Shown: positions 18,724-28,596 of the stretch, piece after piece
Layout: each line of letters opens with the position of its first letter
Position numbering within the stretch: the first letter of the stretch is position 1
Source of the DNA: an uncultured Candidatus Saccharibacteria bacterium
Lineage (GTDB): Bacteria; Patescibacteriota; Minisyncoccia; Phycocordibacterales; SW-6-46-9
DNA length: 61,445 nt
Assembly (NCBI GenBank): GCA_964452185.1
Contig: CAYVKO010000002.1
Span: forward strand, 1-61,445
Direction of reading: 5' to 3'
Made by a program: the position numbers and the translations under genes
The notes under the pieces: model-generated
Told to the model about the DNA's origin: nothing
What the model saw: the letters and a program-made list of their open reading frames with translations, nothing else
Database searches by the model: none

Positions 18724-20516
18724 TCTTCTCTGTTTTCGTACTTGTTGATGTAATGAGCGGCCGTAATATGGCCCATGTGTGAGAAAGCTTGCGGAAAGTT
18801 TCCTAAGTATGCTCCATCTTCTATACGTACTTCTTCTGACATGAGGCCGTTATCTGCTATATGTTCGCTGAATTTTTCGAACAACGCTTTGGCTTTTTCG
18901 GTTTCCTCAAGGATGGCCCACGCTGATATGAGCCACCAACTACAAAGCACAAAAGCACCTTCTTCACCCTCAAAACCATCATCGACAAGGTAGCGGTATA
19001 CAAACACTTCATCTTCACATAGTTCCTCACAAGTATTTTCAATAATCTCCCGTGACCGAGGGTCTTCTTTGTTTAGATATTTAACAAGCGGGAACAGAAA
19101 GTTTGTTGCATCTTGGTGGGTGGTGTTTGGATGCTGGAGGAGTCTACCGTCGTCGGTGTATGCGTTGTCTTGTATCCACGAAAGAATATTCCGCTCCGTT
19201 TGGTGCCACTCTTCTTTCTTTTTTTGGCTAATCTCCATCCTTTCTACTAACTGTAGAGCGCGGTTCATGCCCACCCATGCCATTACTTTGCTGTATGTGA
19301 AGTGCTCTTTGTTGGTCCGCACTTCCCAGATCCCGTTGTCTTTGTCTTGCCACCTTTCTTGTATTTGGCGCACAAGCATTCGGACCAGGTTCTTCTCATG
19401 TCTTCGAAACTCCATTCCGTGTTTAACAGAAAAGTAAACTGAATCAATCAACGTTCCATACACATCAAGTTGAAACTGGCGAGCAGCTTCGTTTCCGACT
19501 CGCACTGGTTGTGAATTACGATAACCATCCAGTTTTTCAACATTGTACTCTTGCGGTACTTCATTGCCGTGGATGGTATACATAAGATCAATATCTTCCA
19601 GTTGCGTGTCTCCCGCTATGTGCTCGATAAATTCAAAGAATTTACGTGCCTCACTCCGACATCCGACAACTGATAAGGCATACAAAGTGAAAGTAGCATC
19701 CCGCATCCATACATAGCGGTAATCCCAGTTACGCTCGCCACCAATATTTTCCGGTAAAGAGGTTGTAGGGGCGGCAACAATCGCTCCGGTCGGATAGTAT
19801 TGCATGAGCTTTAGTGTGATGGCAGATCGTATCAAAGCTTCTTTTTGATAATCAGGATAGTCTTTACGGCCATTCCACTCTCTCCAAAATTTTTGAGTTT
19901 CTGGCAGAAATTCGTGATCGTGCACACAAGTGACGGCTTCGCCTTCTATATACTCCATGACTAATTCTTGTGGACTATCCGAAAGCTGGAAAGTTATACG
20001 AACACCGCCTTCATCACATGACTCAACTTTTGTGTCTTCAGGTATATATAACCGAAGCGTGTCTCCGCGGAATAAAAATTCTACAGCAGACTCCCCTTCA
20101 GTTTTTTTAATGGTCGGAGTAACATTTCCGTAATCAGGTCGAGGATCAAAAATGAAAGACACCTCGGGATTACCTTCTTGCACTTCCAGGCGTCGTACTA
20201 GTACATGGTTTTCACATTCCTCGGTTGGTTGTGGAAGCATGAAGTCATACAGGTGGAAAACTCCGTTTTCAGCTTCGCACTTTGTCTCAACAATTGGAGT
20301 ATTTTTTATGTAAGAAGTCGTAAAATCAAGCGTATCGGTGACCAATGAAAAGGTGCCGCCATGGTCAGTATCCAGCAGTCGGGCAAAAACGGACGGCGAG
20401 TCGAAGTGAGGAAGGCACAGCCAGTCAATCGAACCACCTCGAGATATTAAACCGGCTGAGTGTAAACCACCGACAAGAAAATAATTTTCAATATCGGGAA
20501 TACTATTTTCGGTCAT
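18720..20516 (-). CDS. glycoside hydrolase family 15 (glucoamylase/trehalase-like)
   Basis: Motifs NWDYRYVWMRDATFTLYAL, GIWEVR and the C-terminal FPQAFSHMGHI are typical of bacterial GH15 (alpha/alpha)6 enzymes. Confidence 0.85.
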   Translation of the reverse strand: MTENSIPDIENYFLVGGLHSAGLISRGGSIDWLCLPHFDSPSVFARLLDTDHGGTFSLVTDTLDFTTSYIKNTPIVETKCEAENGVFHLYDFMLPQPTEECENHVLVRRLEVQEGNPEVSFIFDPRPDYGNVTPTIKKTEGESAVEFLFRGDTLRLYIPEDTKVESCDEGGVRITFQLSDSPQELVMEYIEGEAVTCVHDHEFLPETQKFWREWNGRKDYPDYQKEALIRSAITLKLMQYYPTGAIVAAPTTSLPENIGGERNWDYRYVWMRDATFTLYALSVVGCRSEARKFFEFIEHIAGDTQLEDIDLMYTIHGNEVPQEYNVEKLDGYRNSQPVRVGNEAARQFQLDVYGTLIDSVYFSVKHGMEFRRHEKNLVRMLVRQIQERWQDKDNGIWEVRTNKEHFTYSKVMAWVGMNRALQLVERMEISQKKKEEWHQTERNILSWIQDNAYTDDGRLLQHPNTTHQDATNFLFPLVKYLNKEDPRSREIIENTCEELCEDEVFVYRYLVDDGFEGEEGAFVLCSWWLISAWAILEETEKAKALFEKFSEHIADNGLMSEEVRIEDGAYLGNFPQAFSHMGHITAAHYINKYENRED

Positions 20517-20646
20517 GCGATGTGGTCATTCCAGTCATAAACACTTTTAATATATCATTTTTTACCACCTTATACATCATGTCAGAAAATCCACGGACTT
20601 TTTGCTTGCTATTTTCAAGCTGAATGAATGATACTATTTCACCACC

Positions 20647-21366
20647 ATGAAAGAGTATCGGATTATAAGAACAGATAACGTAACTCCACTGGATAAAACG
20701 CCTGAGCCTGTTCGGGAGCCCAGCACCTTGCAAAGAGTTGCTCGTATATTAGTAGCTCTTCTGTTTATCGGGGCTATGTTGTATCTGGGAGGAATCTACC
20801 AGTTTGCTCGCTTTCAGACAACACCGGCTGAAACTTCTGCAGGCGACTACTCTACGCTGATAGATGCTTCGGAACGGTCTATACCCACAACAGTATTTGT
20901 GCTAACAAATGAAGGTCAGATGGATGAAAATCGAGTAGATCAGTTAGTTTCAAATGCTAATGAGATTCTAAAGCAGGCTGCTGTTCAGTTAGAGCCAGTT
21001 GAGGTGTCGACGGTAAACATTGAAGAAACAAACCAGCCGGGCCCTGAACTTGTTAACTCACCAGAAAGACTTCGAGACTATCTCCCTGAATTATCTGAAG
21101 ACCGGCTGCATGTAGTGGTAACAGAAACACTCGGTGGCATAAACGGAATTGCTTTTTCTGGCAGGCAGGTAGTTGCTGTAGCTGAGTACACAACCGGGTT
21201 TGATTTTCGCGTTTTGGCTCATGAGGTTGGTCATGCACTATCTTTGTCGCATGTAAGTGACAAGTCCAATCTTATGAATTCAGGTAGTAATGGAACGGAT
21301 CTGACACGCTCTCAGGCAGTAAAAGCTAATGAGGCTGCCTCTGCTCTCAACCAACCCGAATCGTGA
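20647..21366 (+). CDS. membrane-anchored metzincin-type zinc metalloprotease
   Basis: TM helix (ILVALLFIGAMLYLGGIY). Zinc motif HEVGHALSLSH (HExxHxxxxxH) with a downstream Met turn (NLMNS). Confidence 0.65.
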   Translation: MKEYRIIRTDNVTPLDKTPEPVREPSTLQRVARILVALLFIGAMLYLGGIYQFARFQTTPAETSAGDYSTLIDASERSIPTTVFVLTNEGQMDENRVDQLVSNANEILKQAAVQLEPVEVSTVNIEETNQPGPELVNSPERLRDYLPELSEDRLHVVVTETLGGINGIAFSGRQVVAVAEYTTGFDFRVLAHEVGHALSLSHVSDKSNLMNSGSNGTDLTRSQAVKANEAASALNQPES

Positions 21367-21393
21367 TATACTACAGGCCATAACTCTAATATT

Positions 21394-22287
21394 ATGCGGT
21401 ACACATTTGGGGTTATTACAATACTTGCCGCAGTCGGCATAATAGGTTTTATAGCCAACGACCTTTTTGTTGGTCCGTGTGAGCGGCCTATTGCATATCA
21501 AATAGGAAGTATAGATGAAGAATTTGATATTTCTACCTCAACAGCTCGATCACATTTATCTGCGGCCGAGACCGTATGGGAGCAGGCGGTAGACAAAGAA
21601 TTATTTACCTACGACCCTGAAGCGGAACTACAGGTTAACTTTGTTTTTGATATGCGGCAGCGTCGCACAAACGAAGTTAATCAACTTGAAAGCGAACTTT
21701 CTGAAATACAATCGTCACACGAAGAGATTATAGCAAGGTACGAAGAGATATCTGGTCGTTACGATAATTTGCTGCAAGAGTATCAAGCTCGACGTCAAGA
21801 ATATGAGTCTAATCTGGCTGAGTACAATGATCGGGTGCAAACATGGAGAGAGCGAGGCGGTGCTCCTGATGATGTACACGAAGAGCTGGCAGAGCGTCGA
21901 ATAGAATTAGATAATACACGTGAATCGTTGGCTGAAGAACGTCGCCGACTTGAAGACTTGCGACAAGACATAAATGAGTTGGCAAGCAGCGGAAATACTT
22001 TGGCTCGTGAATACAATCAAACAGCTAATACTTTTACTGAACGTTTTGGAAACAGTCGGGAATTTAATCAGGCTATTTATGCCGGTGAAGCCATTAACGT
22101 GTACCAGTTTGAAACAGGAGAGGATCTTCGGTTGGCTCTTGCTCATGAATTCGGGCACGCCTTGGGTATAAATCATGTTGACGGGTCTGAGTCGATTATG
22201 CACTATCTAATGGAGGATCAACCACTTGATGAACTTGCCTTAAGCGAGGCCGATGTTGCAGCACTAGAAAACGCATGCAACACATGA
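21394..22287 (+). CDS. membrane-anchored matrixin-like (M10) zinc metalloprotease with coiled-coil insert
   Basis: TM helix. Canonical HEFGHALGINH plus the Met turn SIMHY. A charged heptad-like segment of about 120 aa lies between the N-terminal strand region and the catalytic helix. Confidence 0.7.
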   Translation: MRYTFGVITILAAVGIIGFIANDLFVGPCERPIAYQIGSIDEEFDISTSTARSHLSAAETVWEQAVDKELFTYDPEAELQVNFVFDMRQRRTNEVNQLESELSEIQSSHEEIIARYEEISGRYDNLLQEYQARRQEYESNLAEYNDRVQTWRERGGAPDDVHEELAERRIELDNTRESLAEERRRLEDLRQDINELASSGNTLAREYNQTANTFTERFGNSREFNQAIYAGEAINVYQFETGEDLRLALAHEFGHALGINHVDGSESIMHYLMEDQPLDELALSEADVAALENACNT

Positions 22288-22718
22288 AATATACCAAGCT
22301 GACAACAGTTGTAAGTATTTTACTTGCCACAGCCCTGTTGGTGGGCTTTATTGATGCTATTTATCTAACCACAAAACACTTTTCTGAAGGGTTAGTGGTC
22401 TGCACTGTAGTCGATGGATGTAATATTGTGTTGGAGAGTTCATGGGCTACTGTGTTTGGGGTTCCGGTAGCGTTGTTTGGTGTTGGGTACTACGGATTAC
22501 TACTCTTTTGTGCAATTTCATATTGGTGGTGGCGAGACAGCTTTATTTTAAAGGTTATGTTAGGTGTGGCTACTACCGGAGTTTTAGCTACACTCTGGTT
22601 TTTGCACTTACAGCTGGAGGTGATTGATGCAGTATGCGAGTACTGCCTTCTTTCGGCTTTGAGTACATTTGTGGCGTGGGGGAGTCTTGCGATGCTCGTT
22701 TGGCAGGAGCGTGATTGA
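22275..22718 (+). CDS. vitamin K epoxide reductase (VKOR) family protein
   Basis: Four TM helices. The loop Cys pair is CTVVDGC followed by SSWATVFGVPVALFG, and the CxxC (CEYC) lies in the last TM. The likely true start is the ATG at 22284, which forms an ATGA overlap with the upstream stop. Confidence 0.7.
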   Translation: MQHMKYTKLTTVVSILLATALLVGFIDAIYLTTKHFSEGLVVCTVVDGCNIVLESSWATVFGVPVALFGVGYYGLLLFCAISYWWWRDSFILKVMLGVATTGVLATLWFLHLQLEVIDAVCEYCLLSALSTFVAWGSLAMLVWQERD

Positions 22719-22730
22719 TACAATAAAAGC

Positions 22731-24065
22731 ATGAAACCTTCAACTGAAGATAAAGAAAATCAGGCTCGTAATAATAAACCAACTCGTATAGTGGTGCTTG
22801 GCAGCGGTTATGCTGGGATTCATGCGTGCCGGACATTAGTAAAGGAATCACATTCAGACGATAACATAGAAATTGTACTTATTTCTGACACTGACCATCT
22901 TTTGTACGTGACCATGCTTTATGAAATAGCTGCGGGCAATCTGGCTCCTTCCAGTATCCGTCAGTCGGTTCGAACTATGATATCTAACAATAAGATCCAT
23001 TTTGAGCAAGGGAGAGTAGATGCTGTTGATGCTGACAAACAAACGGTTATGTACCATCCGCCAGCTGATCACACACCTGATGGTGATTCTGCTCGCGGGC
23101 TTTCTCTTTCATATGACTACCTGATTTCGGCAATCGGTTCAGAAACTAACTTTTTTGGAACACCAGGAGCAAAGGATCACGCATACTCACTCAAAACACT
23201 TCAAGATGGAAAGCAAATAAAAAACGCTCTTATTAATAATTTTGAACAGGCTGATCTTTTGACGGATGAAGATAAACAGCGAGAACTTCTTTCAGTAGTA
23301 GTAGTTGGTGGCGGTCCAACCGGAGTTACGCTTGCAGCTAAAATTGCAGATCTTTTTAACAACGAACTGGCGAAAGCTTTCCCGCACCTATCTTCATTAG
23401 CGCAAGTGACTATAGTGGAGGCGCAAGATAAGTTGGTAAAGTCGGCTGGCGATTGGTTTTCGGATCGTGTAGAGAAGGCGCTTGATGAAAAAGAAAGTGT
23501 CCAGGTGGTCAAGGGGTGTTATGTAAATGAAGTACGTCCAAACGGAGCGGCTTGTGATGGTGGGTTCATACCCAGCCAGTGTGTCATTTGGGCTGCTGGA
23601 GTGAAGGCGCGTGAGTATGACATTACGGCCCAAAAGGGAATAGAGCTGGATAAAAACAGCCGACGTGTACATGTAACCAAAAAATTGCAGATACCAAATT
23701 ACAAAAATGTGTTTGTAGCTGGTGATCAGGCATGGGTGCTTAAAGATGAGGAGGAAGGTACTCCATACCCGGCTCGTGCCCAATTTGCTGTACGGGAAGG
23801 TAAGCAGGCTGCTGAAAATATTTTACATGCAATCAGAAGTGAGTCTCTTGAGCATTTTGCTTGGGAGGACAAAGGTATTGTCATTTCCGTCGGACATGGT
23901 CGTACCTACGCTCAAGTAGCCGGCTTCCATGTTTCCGGTTTTTTGGCTACTTTAGCGTATAAATCTATTTATCTTATGAGTACAGTTGGTGTTCGGGCCA
24001 AGCTTCGAGCTATCCTGGAGTGGGGTATGAATTTGTTTTTGCCTCGAGATGTATCGGAGCTTTAG
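22731..24065 (+). CDS. ndh: type II NADH:quinone oxidoreductase (NDH-2)-like FAD-dependent oxidoreductase
   Basis: Two Rossmann motifs are present (VVLGSGYAGI and VVVGGGPTGVTLA), with GD (FVAGDQA) near the C-terminal third. The size is typical of NDH-2. Confidence 0.8.
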   Translation: MKPSTEDKENQARNNKPTRIVVLGSGYAGIHACRTLVKESHSDDNIEIVLISDTDHLLYVTMLYEIAAGNLAPSSIRQSVRTMISNNKIHFEQGRVDAVDADKQTVMYHPPADHTPDGDSARGLSLSYDYLISAIGSETNFFGTPGAKDHAYSLKTLQDGKQIKNALINNFEQADLLTDEDKQRELLSVVVVGGGPTGVTLAAKIADLFNNELAKAFPHLSSLAQVTIVEAQDKLVKSAGDWFSDRVEKALDEKESVQVVKGCYVNEVRPNGAACDGGFIPSQCVIWAAGVKAREYDITAQKGIELDKNSRRVHVTKKLQIPNYKNVFVAGDQAWVLKDEEEGTPYPARAQFAVREGKQAAENILHAIRSESLEHFAWEDKGIVISVGHGRTYAQVAGFHVSGFLATLAYKSIYLMSTVGVRAKLRAILEWGMNLFLPRDVSEL

Positions 24066-24131
24066 GTTATTGCAACTGATGTCTCGCACTTATTTGGGCC
24101 GATAATAAAAAGTATTGCGAACTACATGATA

Positions 24132-24159
24132 TTGAAATAAAGCTTAAATATTGTATAAT
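24132..24159 (+). promoter_or_regulatory. candidate sigma-70 promoter for ytxJ-like gene
   Basis: -35 TTGAAA (24132-24137), a 16-nt spacer, then -10 TATAAT (24154-24159) immediately preceded by TG. The ATG is at 24191. Confidence 0.45.
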
Positions 24160-24190
24160 AATCCTACGTGGACGTAATACAACCACTCTT

Positions 24191-24529
24191 ATGAAATCAC
24201 TACATAAACCAGAAGTCTGGCAGAAAGTCCTTAAAGAGTCCAAAGAAAAGCCGGTTATACTATTCAAGCACTCTAACTCCTGTCCGATTAGTGCAGAGGC
24301 TCACAAGCGTATTAAGAAACTGGAGCGTCAAGGTGCAATTGCTGAGAACATGTATATTCTAATTGTGCAAAATGCTCGCGAAATTTCTAACACGGTTGAG
24401 GAAAAGCTTGGCGTAAAGCACGAAACTCCACAAGTCATTATCATAAGCGAAGAGGAAGCTGTATATCATGCAAGCCACGATGATATTGACCCGGATGAGG
24501 TAGCCAAAGAGTTGGTGCAGTCTAGATAA
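24191..24529 (+). CDS. ytxJ: YtxJ-like monothiol thioredoxin-fold protein (DUF2847)
   Basis: 112 aa with VILFKHSNSCPIS, the single-Cys (S/T)CPIS motif characteristic of YtxJ. Confidence 0.7.
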   Translation: MKSLHKPEVWQKVLKESKEKPVILFKHSNSCPISAEAHKRIKKLERQGAIAENMYILIVQNAREISNTVEEKLGVKHETPQVIIISEEEAVYHASHDDIDPDEVAKELVQSR

Positions 24530-24636
24530 ATTCAGACTTTTAAGGAAAGCAAAAATAATATTGTTGGCCAGTTAGAAAAAACTGGTTATTTTACTAACTT
24601 ATCAAAGTTGGAACTGTGGGGTATAAAACAATATGT

Positions 24637-25290
24637 ATGGACCCCATGACTTCCACAGTGGGACAGCAAATAATCACTGGGTTTTCTCAGTATGGTTACT
24701 TTGCCCTGGTCCCGCTTTTTGTTATTGAAGGTCCTATAGTCGGGTTTACTTCCGGAATACTCATATCATTAGGTGTCTTGTCTGCTCTTCCTGTATTTTT
24801 AATCTATGTATCCGGGAAAATAATAAGCGACACCGCTTTATATCTGTTGGCAAAAAATGGAAGCTCTCTTTTGTATAAGCTTCCATTAGGCGATCGAGTT
24901 CTTGTACGGATGAAATTTGGAGAGAAAGAAGAACCGGAGTGGGCAAATAAATTCCGCGATAACTACTTTTCTTTTATGATGTTTGGAAAGGTGGCTCCGG
25001 TTTTGTGGTTGTCGGATGCAGCGGCTGTAGCGGCAGGGATATTTCGTATTCCGTGGAGAAAGTTTTATTTACCGGTGTTTATTGGCCAGCCGATATGGAG
25101 TGCTGCTGTTATTGCTTTGGGGTATTACTTTGGCAGCACCCTGCAAGATCCGCGAAGGCTTATATCTAGAGTGAGTATATTTATGTTGGTTGGTGTCATA
25201 ATACTTGGTCTGTATTACTATTATCTACATGACCGAATAAAAGAGAAGGTGTTTTATCAGTTATTTACCCGCTCAGGATCAGATGAGTGA
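24637..25290 (+). CDS. DedA/SNARE-associated family membrane protein (paralog 2)
   Basis: The ATG at 24637 is preferred over the listed GTG at 24616. Motif YGYFALVPLFVIEGPIVGFTSGIL; multi-TM. Confidence 0.55.
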   Translation: MDPMTSTVGQQIITGFSQYGYFALVPLFVIEGPIVGFTSGILISLGVLSALPVFLIYVSGKIISDTALYLLAKNGSSLLYKLPLGDRVLVRMKFGEKEEPEWANKFRDNYFSFMMFGKVAPVLWLSDAAAVAAGIFRIPWRKFYLPVFIGQPIWSAAVIALGYYFGSTLQDPRRLISRVSIFMLVGVIILGLYYYYLHDRIKEKVFYQLFTRSGSDE

Positions 25291-25390
25291 TATAATAAAA
25301 GTACGTAAACGCTAATTATTTTCTGCTCTGAATTATCTCATTGATAGAAGCGAGAATACTGGAAAAATTAATAACTAATTTATATAAATT

Positions 25391-26422
25391 GTGGATCAGG
25401 AAACACACCGAGTTGCAATAAACGGATTTGGCCGAATTGGCCGAACTTTTTTTCGGCTTGCTCAAGAAGACGAAGGTATTGAAATTGTTGCAATCAATGA
25501 TCTGGCTCCATTAGACAACCTGGCGTATCTTTTGAAGTACGATTCAGCTCAAGGGCGAGCTGATTTCTCTGTTGACACCACTGAAGACAACACGGCTCTA
25601 GTGGTAGAAGGTAAAGAAATCCCGTTTTCTTCTAAGAAAAATCCGGCTGATTGTCCGTGGGGTGAGCATGATGTTGAGGTGGTTGTGGAATCAACTGGTG
25701 TATTCAGAAACTTTCAAGATGCTGCAGCGCACAAGGAAGCAGGGGCTGACAGGGTAGTGATATCGGCTTCGGCTGATGGCGAAACAGAAGAAGGTGTAAG
25801 TGGAACTGCATTAATGGGGGTAAACGACGATACACTGGAGGATGCAACGGTTACTTCCAACGCATCATGCACAACGAATGCCGGAGGTGGGGTAATGCAA
25901 ATACTTCACGAAGAGTTAGGGGTTGAGCGAGCGATGTTAAACACGGTGCATGCCTACACAGCCAGTCAAGACCTTGTTGATTCTCCCAACAAGAAGACAC
26001 GGCGAGGTCGATCTGCTGCACAAAATATAGTGCCTACATCAACCGGTTCAGCGGTAGCCACCACAAAAGTTATACCTGAGCTGGAAGGAAAGTTTGACGG
26101 TATAGCCCTTAGGGTGCCGGTGGTGTGCGGGTCGGTGGCGGACATTACATTCGTGCCAAGTCAGGAAACAACAGCAGAAGAGGTAAACAAAAAACTCACG
26201 GAAGCCTGCGCTACTGATAACTGGGCGAATATTCTCGATGTAACAAACGAACCGCTCACTTCAGCGGATATTATTGGTCAACCGTATGCTTCTATAGTAG
26301 ATCTCTCCATGACGCGAGTAGTTGACGGGAAGCTGGTTAAAATTCTGGCGTGGTATGACAATGAAGCAGGATACACACATACGCTTCTGGAGCATGTTAA
26401 AAAGATGGGTGAAAACGTCTAG
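25391..26422 (+). CDS. gap: glyceraldehyde-3-phosphate dehydrogenase
   Basis: GTG start. Motifs VAINGFGRIGR, the catalytic SNASCTTN, and WYDNEAGY. Confidence 0.93.
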   Translation: MDQETHRVAINGFGRIGRTFFRLAQEDEGIEIVAINDLAPLDNLAYLLKYDSAQGRADFSVDTTEDNTALVVEGKEIPFSSKKNPADCPWGEHDVEVVVESTGVFRNFQDAAAHKEAGADRVVISASADGETEEGVSGTALMGVNDDTLEDATVTSNASCTTNAGGGVMQILHEELGVERAMLNTVHAYTASQDLVDSPNKKTRRGRSAAQNIVPTSTGSAVATTKVIPELEGKFDGIALRVPVVCGSVADITFVPSQETTAEEVNKKLTEACATDNWANILDVTNEPLTSADIIGQPYASIVDLSMTRVVDGKLVKILAWYDNEAGYTHTLLEHVKKMGENV

Positions 26423-26424
26423 AT

Positions 26425-28077
26425 ATGAATCTCGAGGAACTCGAAAAAGAAACCGGAGTACAAGTTGCCGATGATCGGCGAACACTCGAAGACTTCAGCC
26501 GAGATACTTCTTTGTTTCAGGTCACTCCGCAGGCTGTAGCATATCCTTCTTCTGGTGAAGACGTTGAAGCGCTTGTTGCGTATGTAAGTGAACACAAAAG
26601 CGACAACCCTGACTTATCTTTAACAGGACGGTCAGCCGGGACGGACATGACCGGCGGTCCGCTGAATGAGTCAATTATTATGTCGTGTACCGAAGCGTTG
26701 GATGATATTGCGGAAATCAAGCAGGATCATGCTGTTGTTCAGCCGGGGGTGTATTATCGAGAGTTTGAAAAGGAGTTATTGCCGAAGCATTTAACAATGC
26801 CGGTATATCCGGCGTCCAAGTCTATAGCAGCGCTTGGTGGAATGGTGATGAATAACTGTGGTGGTGAGAAGACGCTCCGGTATGGTCAGATGCGAGACTA
26901 TGTAAACTCAGTAAATATGGTACTGGCTGACGGTAACGAGTATAGTTTCGGTCCTGTTTCTCAAAAGGAGCTCGAAAAAAAGAAGGACCAGGATAATTTT
27001 GAAGGGGAGGTGTACCGCAAAATGCATGATCTTCTAGAGGAGAATTACGAACTGATACAGCAAGCGAAACCAAACACTTCCAAAAACTCAGCCGGGTACG
27101 CTTTGTGGGAGGTGTGGGATAAGGAATCTGGTACGTTTGACTTGTCTCAACTCTTTGTAGGGTCGCAAGGAACGTTAGGGATGTTGACGGAGGCGGACAT
27201 ACGACTACAGAAAGAAAAGCCGCATGATCGTCTTATCTCCGTCTTTTTTAATGACTGGCAAGCAATACCGAAGCTTGTAAATAAACTTCTTGAGCATGAT
27301 CCTGAGAGTTTAGAGGTTTTTGATAAGGAAACGCTCAAGCTCGGTCTTCGGTTTATGCCCGAGGTGGCAAAGAAGGCTGGGCAGAGTTTTCTTTCTTTCG
27401 CTTTTCGGTTTCTTCCCGAAGCTTGGATCGGTGTAAAGATGGGCGGGCTTCCTGGATTGGTACTTCTTGTGGAGCTGGCTGAAGAGACTGAAGAAGAACT
27501 TAATAAAAAAACAAAAGCAATAGAAGATATACTTGCTGATTCAGATGTGTATTCGCGGACCTTGTATGAGAAAAAAGAGCAGGAAAAGTACTGGGTAATG
27601 CGCCGAGAGAGCTTTAATTTGCTCCGTCAGCATGTTGATGGCAAACACACGGCTCCGTTTGTTGAGGATTTTTGTATTCAGCTAGAGGATGTCCCAGAAT
27701 TCCTTCCGCGGGCTCGCCAGTTGCTGGAAAGTAACGGAATTGATGTCAATATTACAGGGCATGCCGGTAACGGAAACTTCCACATTATTCCGCTTATGGA
27801 TTTATCTAAAGAGCAGGAGAGAGAGAAGATACCAGAAGTGGCAAAAGAATTTTATGAATTAGTAATTGAGTATGATGGTACTATTACAGCAGAGCACAAT
27901 GACGGAATTATCCGTACGCCGTTTTTGGAGCAAATGTACGGTCGGGAGGTTTATGATCTATTTCGGGAGGTGAAAAATATTTTTGACCCGGATAATATAT
28001 TTAATCCCGGAAAGAAGGTAGGTGGTACGCTTGAATACGCAAAAGATCATATTTCTTCAAAAGAAGAATCTTCATAA
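26425..28077 (+). CDS. FAD-linked oxidase (D-lactate dehydrogenase / GlcD-like)
   Basis: The FAD_binding_4-like N-terminal domain shows P.AVAYPSSGEDVEALVAYV and LTGRSAGTDMTGG. The C-terminal FAD-oxidase domain shows TGHAGNGNFHIIP, TAEHNDG and DPDNIFNPGK. It starts 2 nt after gap. Confidence 0.8.
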   Translation: MNLEELEKETGVQVADDRRTLEDFSRDTSLFQVTPQAVAYPSSGEDVEALVAYVSEHKSDNPDLSLTGRSAGTDMTGGPLNESIIMSCTEALDDIAEIKQDHAVVQPGVYYREFEKELLPKHLTMPVYPASKSIAALGGMVMNNCGGEKTLRYGQMRDYVNSVNMVLADGNEYSFGPVSQKELEKKKDQDNFEGEVYRKMHDLLEENYELIQQAKPNTSKNSAGYALWEVWDKESGTFDLSQLFVGSQGTLGMLTEADIRLQKEKPHDRLISVFFNDWQAIPKLVNKLLEHDPESLEVFDKETLKLGLRFMPEVAKKAGQSFLSFAFRFLPEAWIGVKMGGLPGLVLLVELAEETEEELNKKTKAIEDILADSDVYSRTLYEKKEQEKYWVMRRESFNLLRQHVDGKHTAPFVEDFCIQLEDVPEFLPRARQLLESNGIDVNITGHAGNGNFHIIPLMDLSKEQEREKIPEVAKEFYELVIEYDGTITAEHNDGIIRTPFLEQMYGREVYDLFREVKNIFDPDNIFNPGKKVGGTLEYAKDHISSKEESS

Positions 28078-28086
28078 GTATTCGTT

Positions 28087-28581
28087 ATGAACAAAAATTC
28101 TAGAAATAAAAAAATACATTTAGCAACGGACCATGCCGGGTATAAGTTAAAAGAAACAGTTAAAGAACATCTTGACCAAGAGAATTACCACGTAGTTGAT
28201 CATGGTGCAACTGCGTTTAATAAAAAAGATGATTACCCGGACTTTATTCACCCAGCAGCTAAGGCTGTGGCGCGTAATCCAGAGAAAAATAGAGGGATTA
28301 TTTTTGGTCATTCCGGGCAAGGCGAGGCTATGGTTGCAAATCGTCATCAAAATGTTCGGGCGGCTGTGTTTTATGGGTCGCCCCAGGAAGATAGCAAAGC
28401 CGGTCAGGGAATTATTGAGTTATCCCGGCGGCATAATGACGCCAACGTACTTAGTATTGGAACTGGTTTTGTTTCTGAAGATACTGCAATTAACGTTATT
28501 GATCTATGGCTGTCAACAGAATTTTCTGAAGCAACCCGACACAAGCGGCGCATACAAAAAATCGATGAAGATGGTAGGTAA
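28087..28581 (+). CDS. rpiB: ribose-5-phosphate isomerase B (RpiB/LacA/LacB family, Glu-type active site)
   Basis: HLATDHAGYKLK. GHSGQGEAMVANR aligns with the SGNGE segment of the Mycobacterium-type RpiB, where Glu replaces the catalytic Cys. Confidence 0.85.
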   Translation: MNKNSRNKKIHLATDHAGYKLKETVKEHLDQENYHVVDHGATAFNKKDDYPDFIHPAAKAVARNPEKNRGIIFGHSGQGEAMVANRHQNVRAAVFYGSPQEDSKAGQGIIELSRRHNDANVLSIGTGFVSEDTAINVIDLWLSTEFSEATRHKRRIQKIDEDGR

Positions 28582-28596
28582 TTAGTTTCTGAAATC

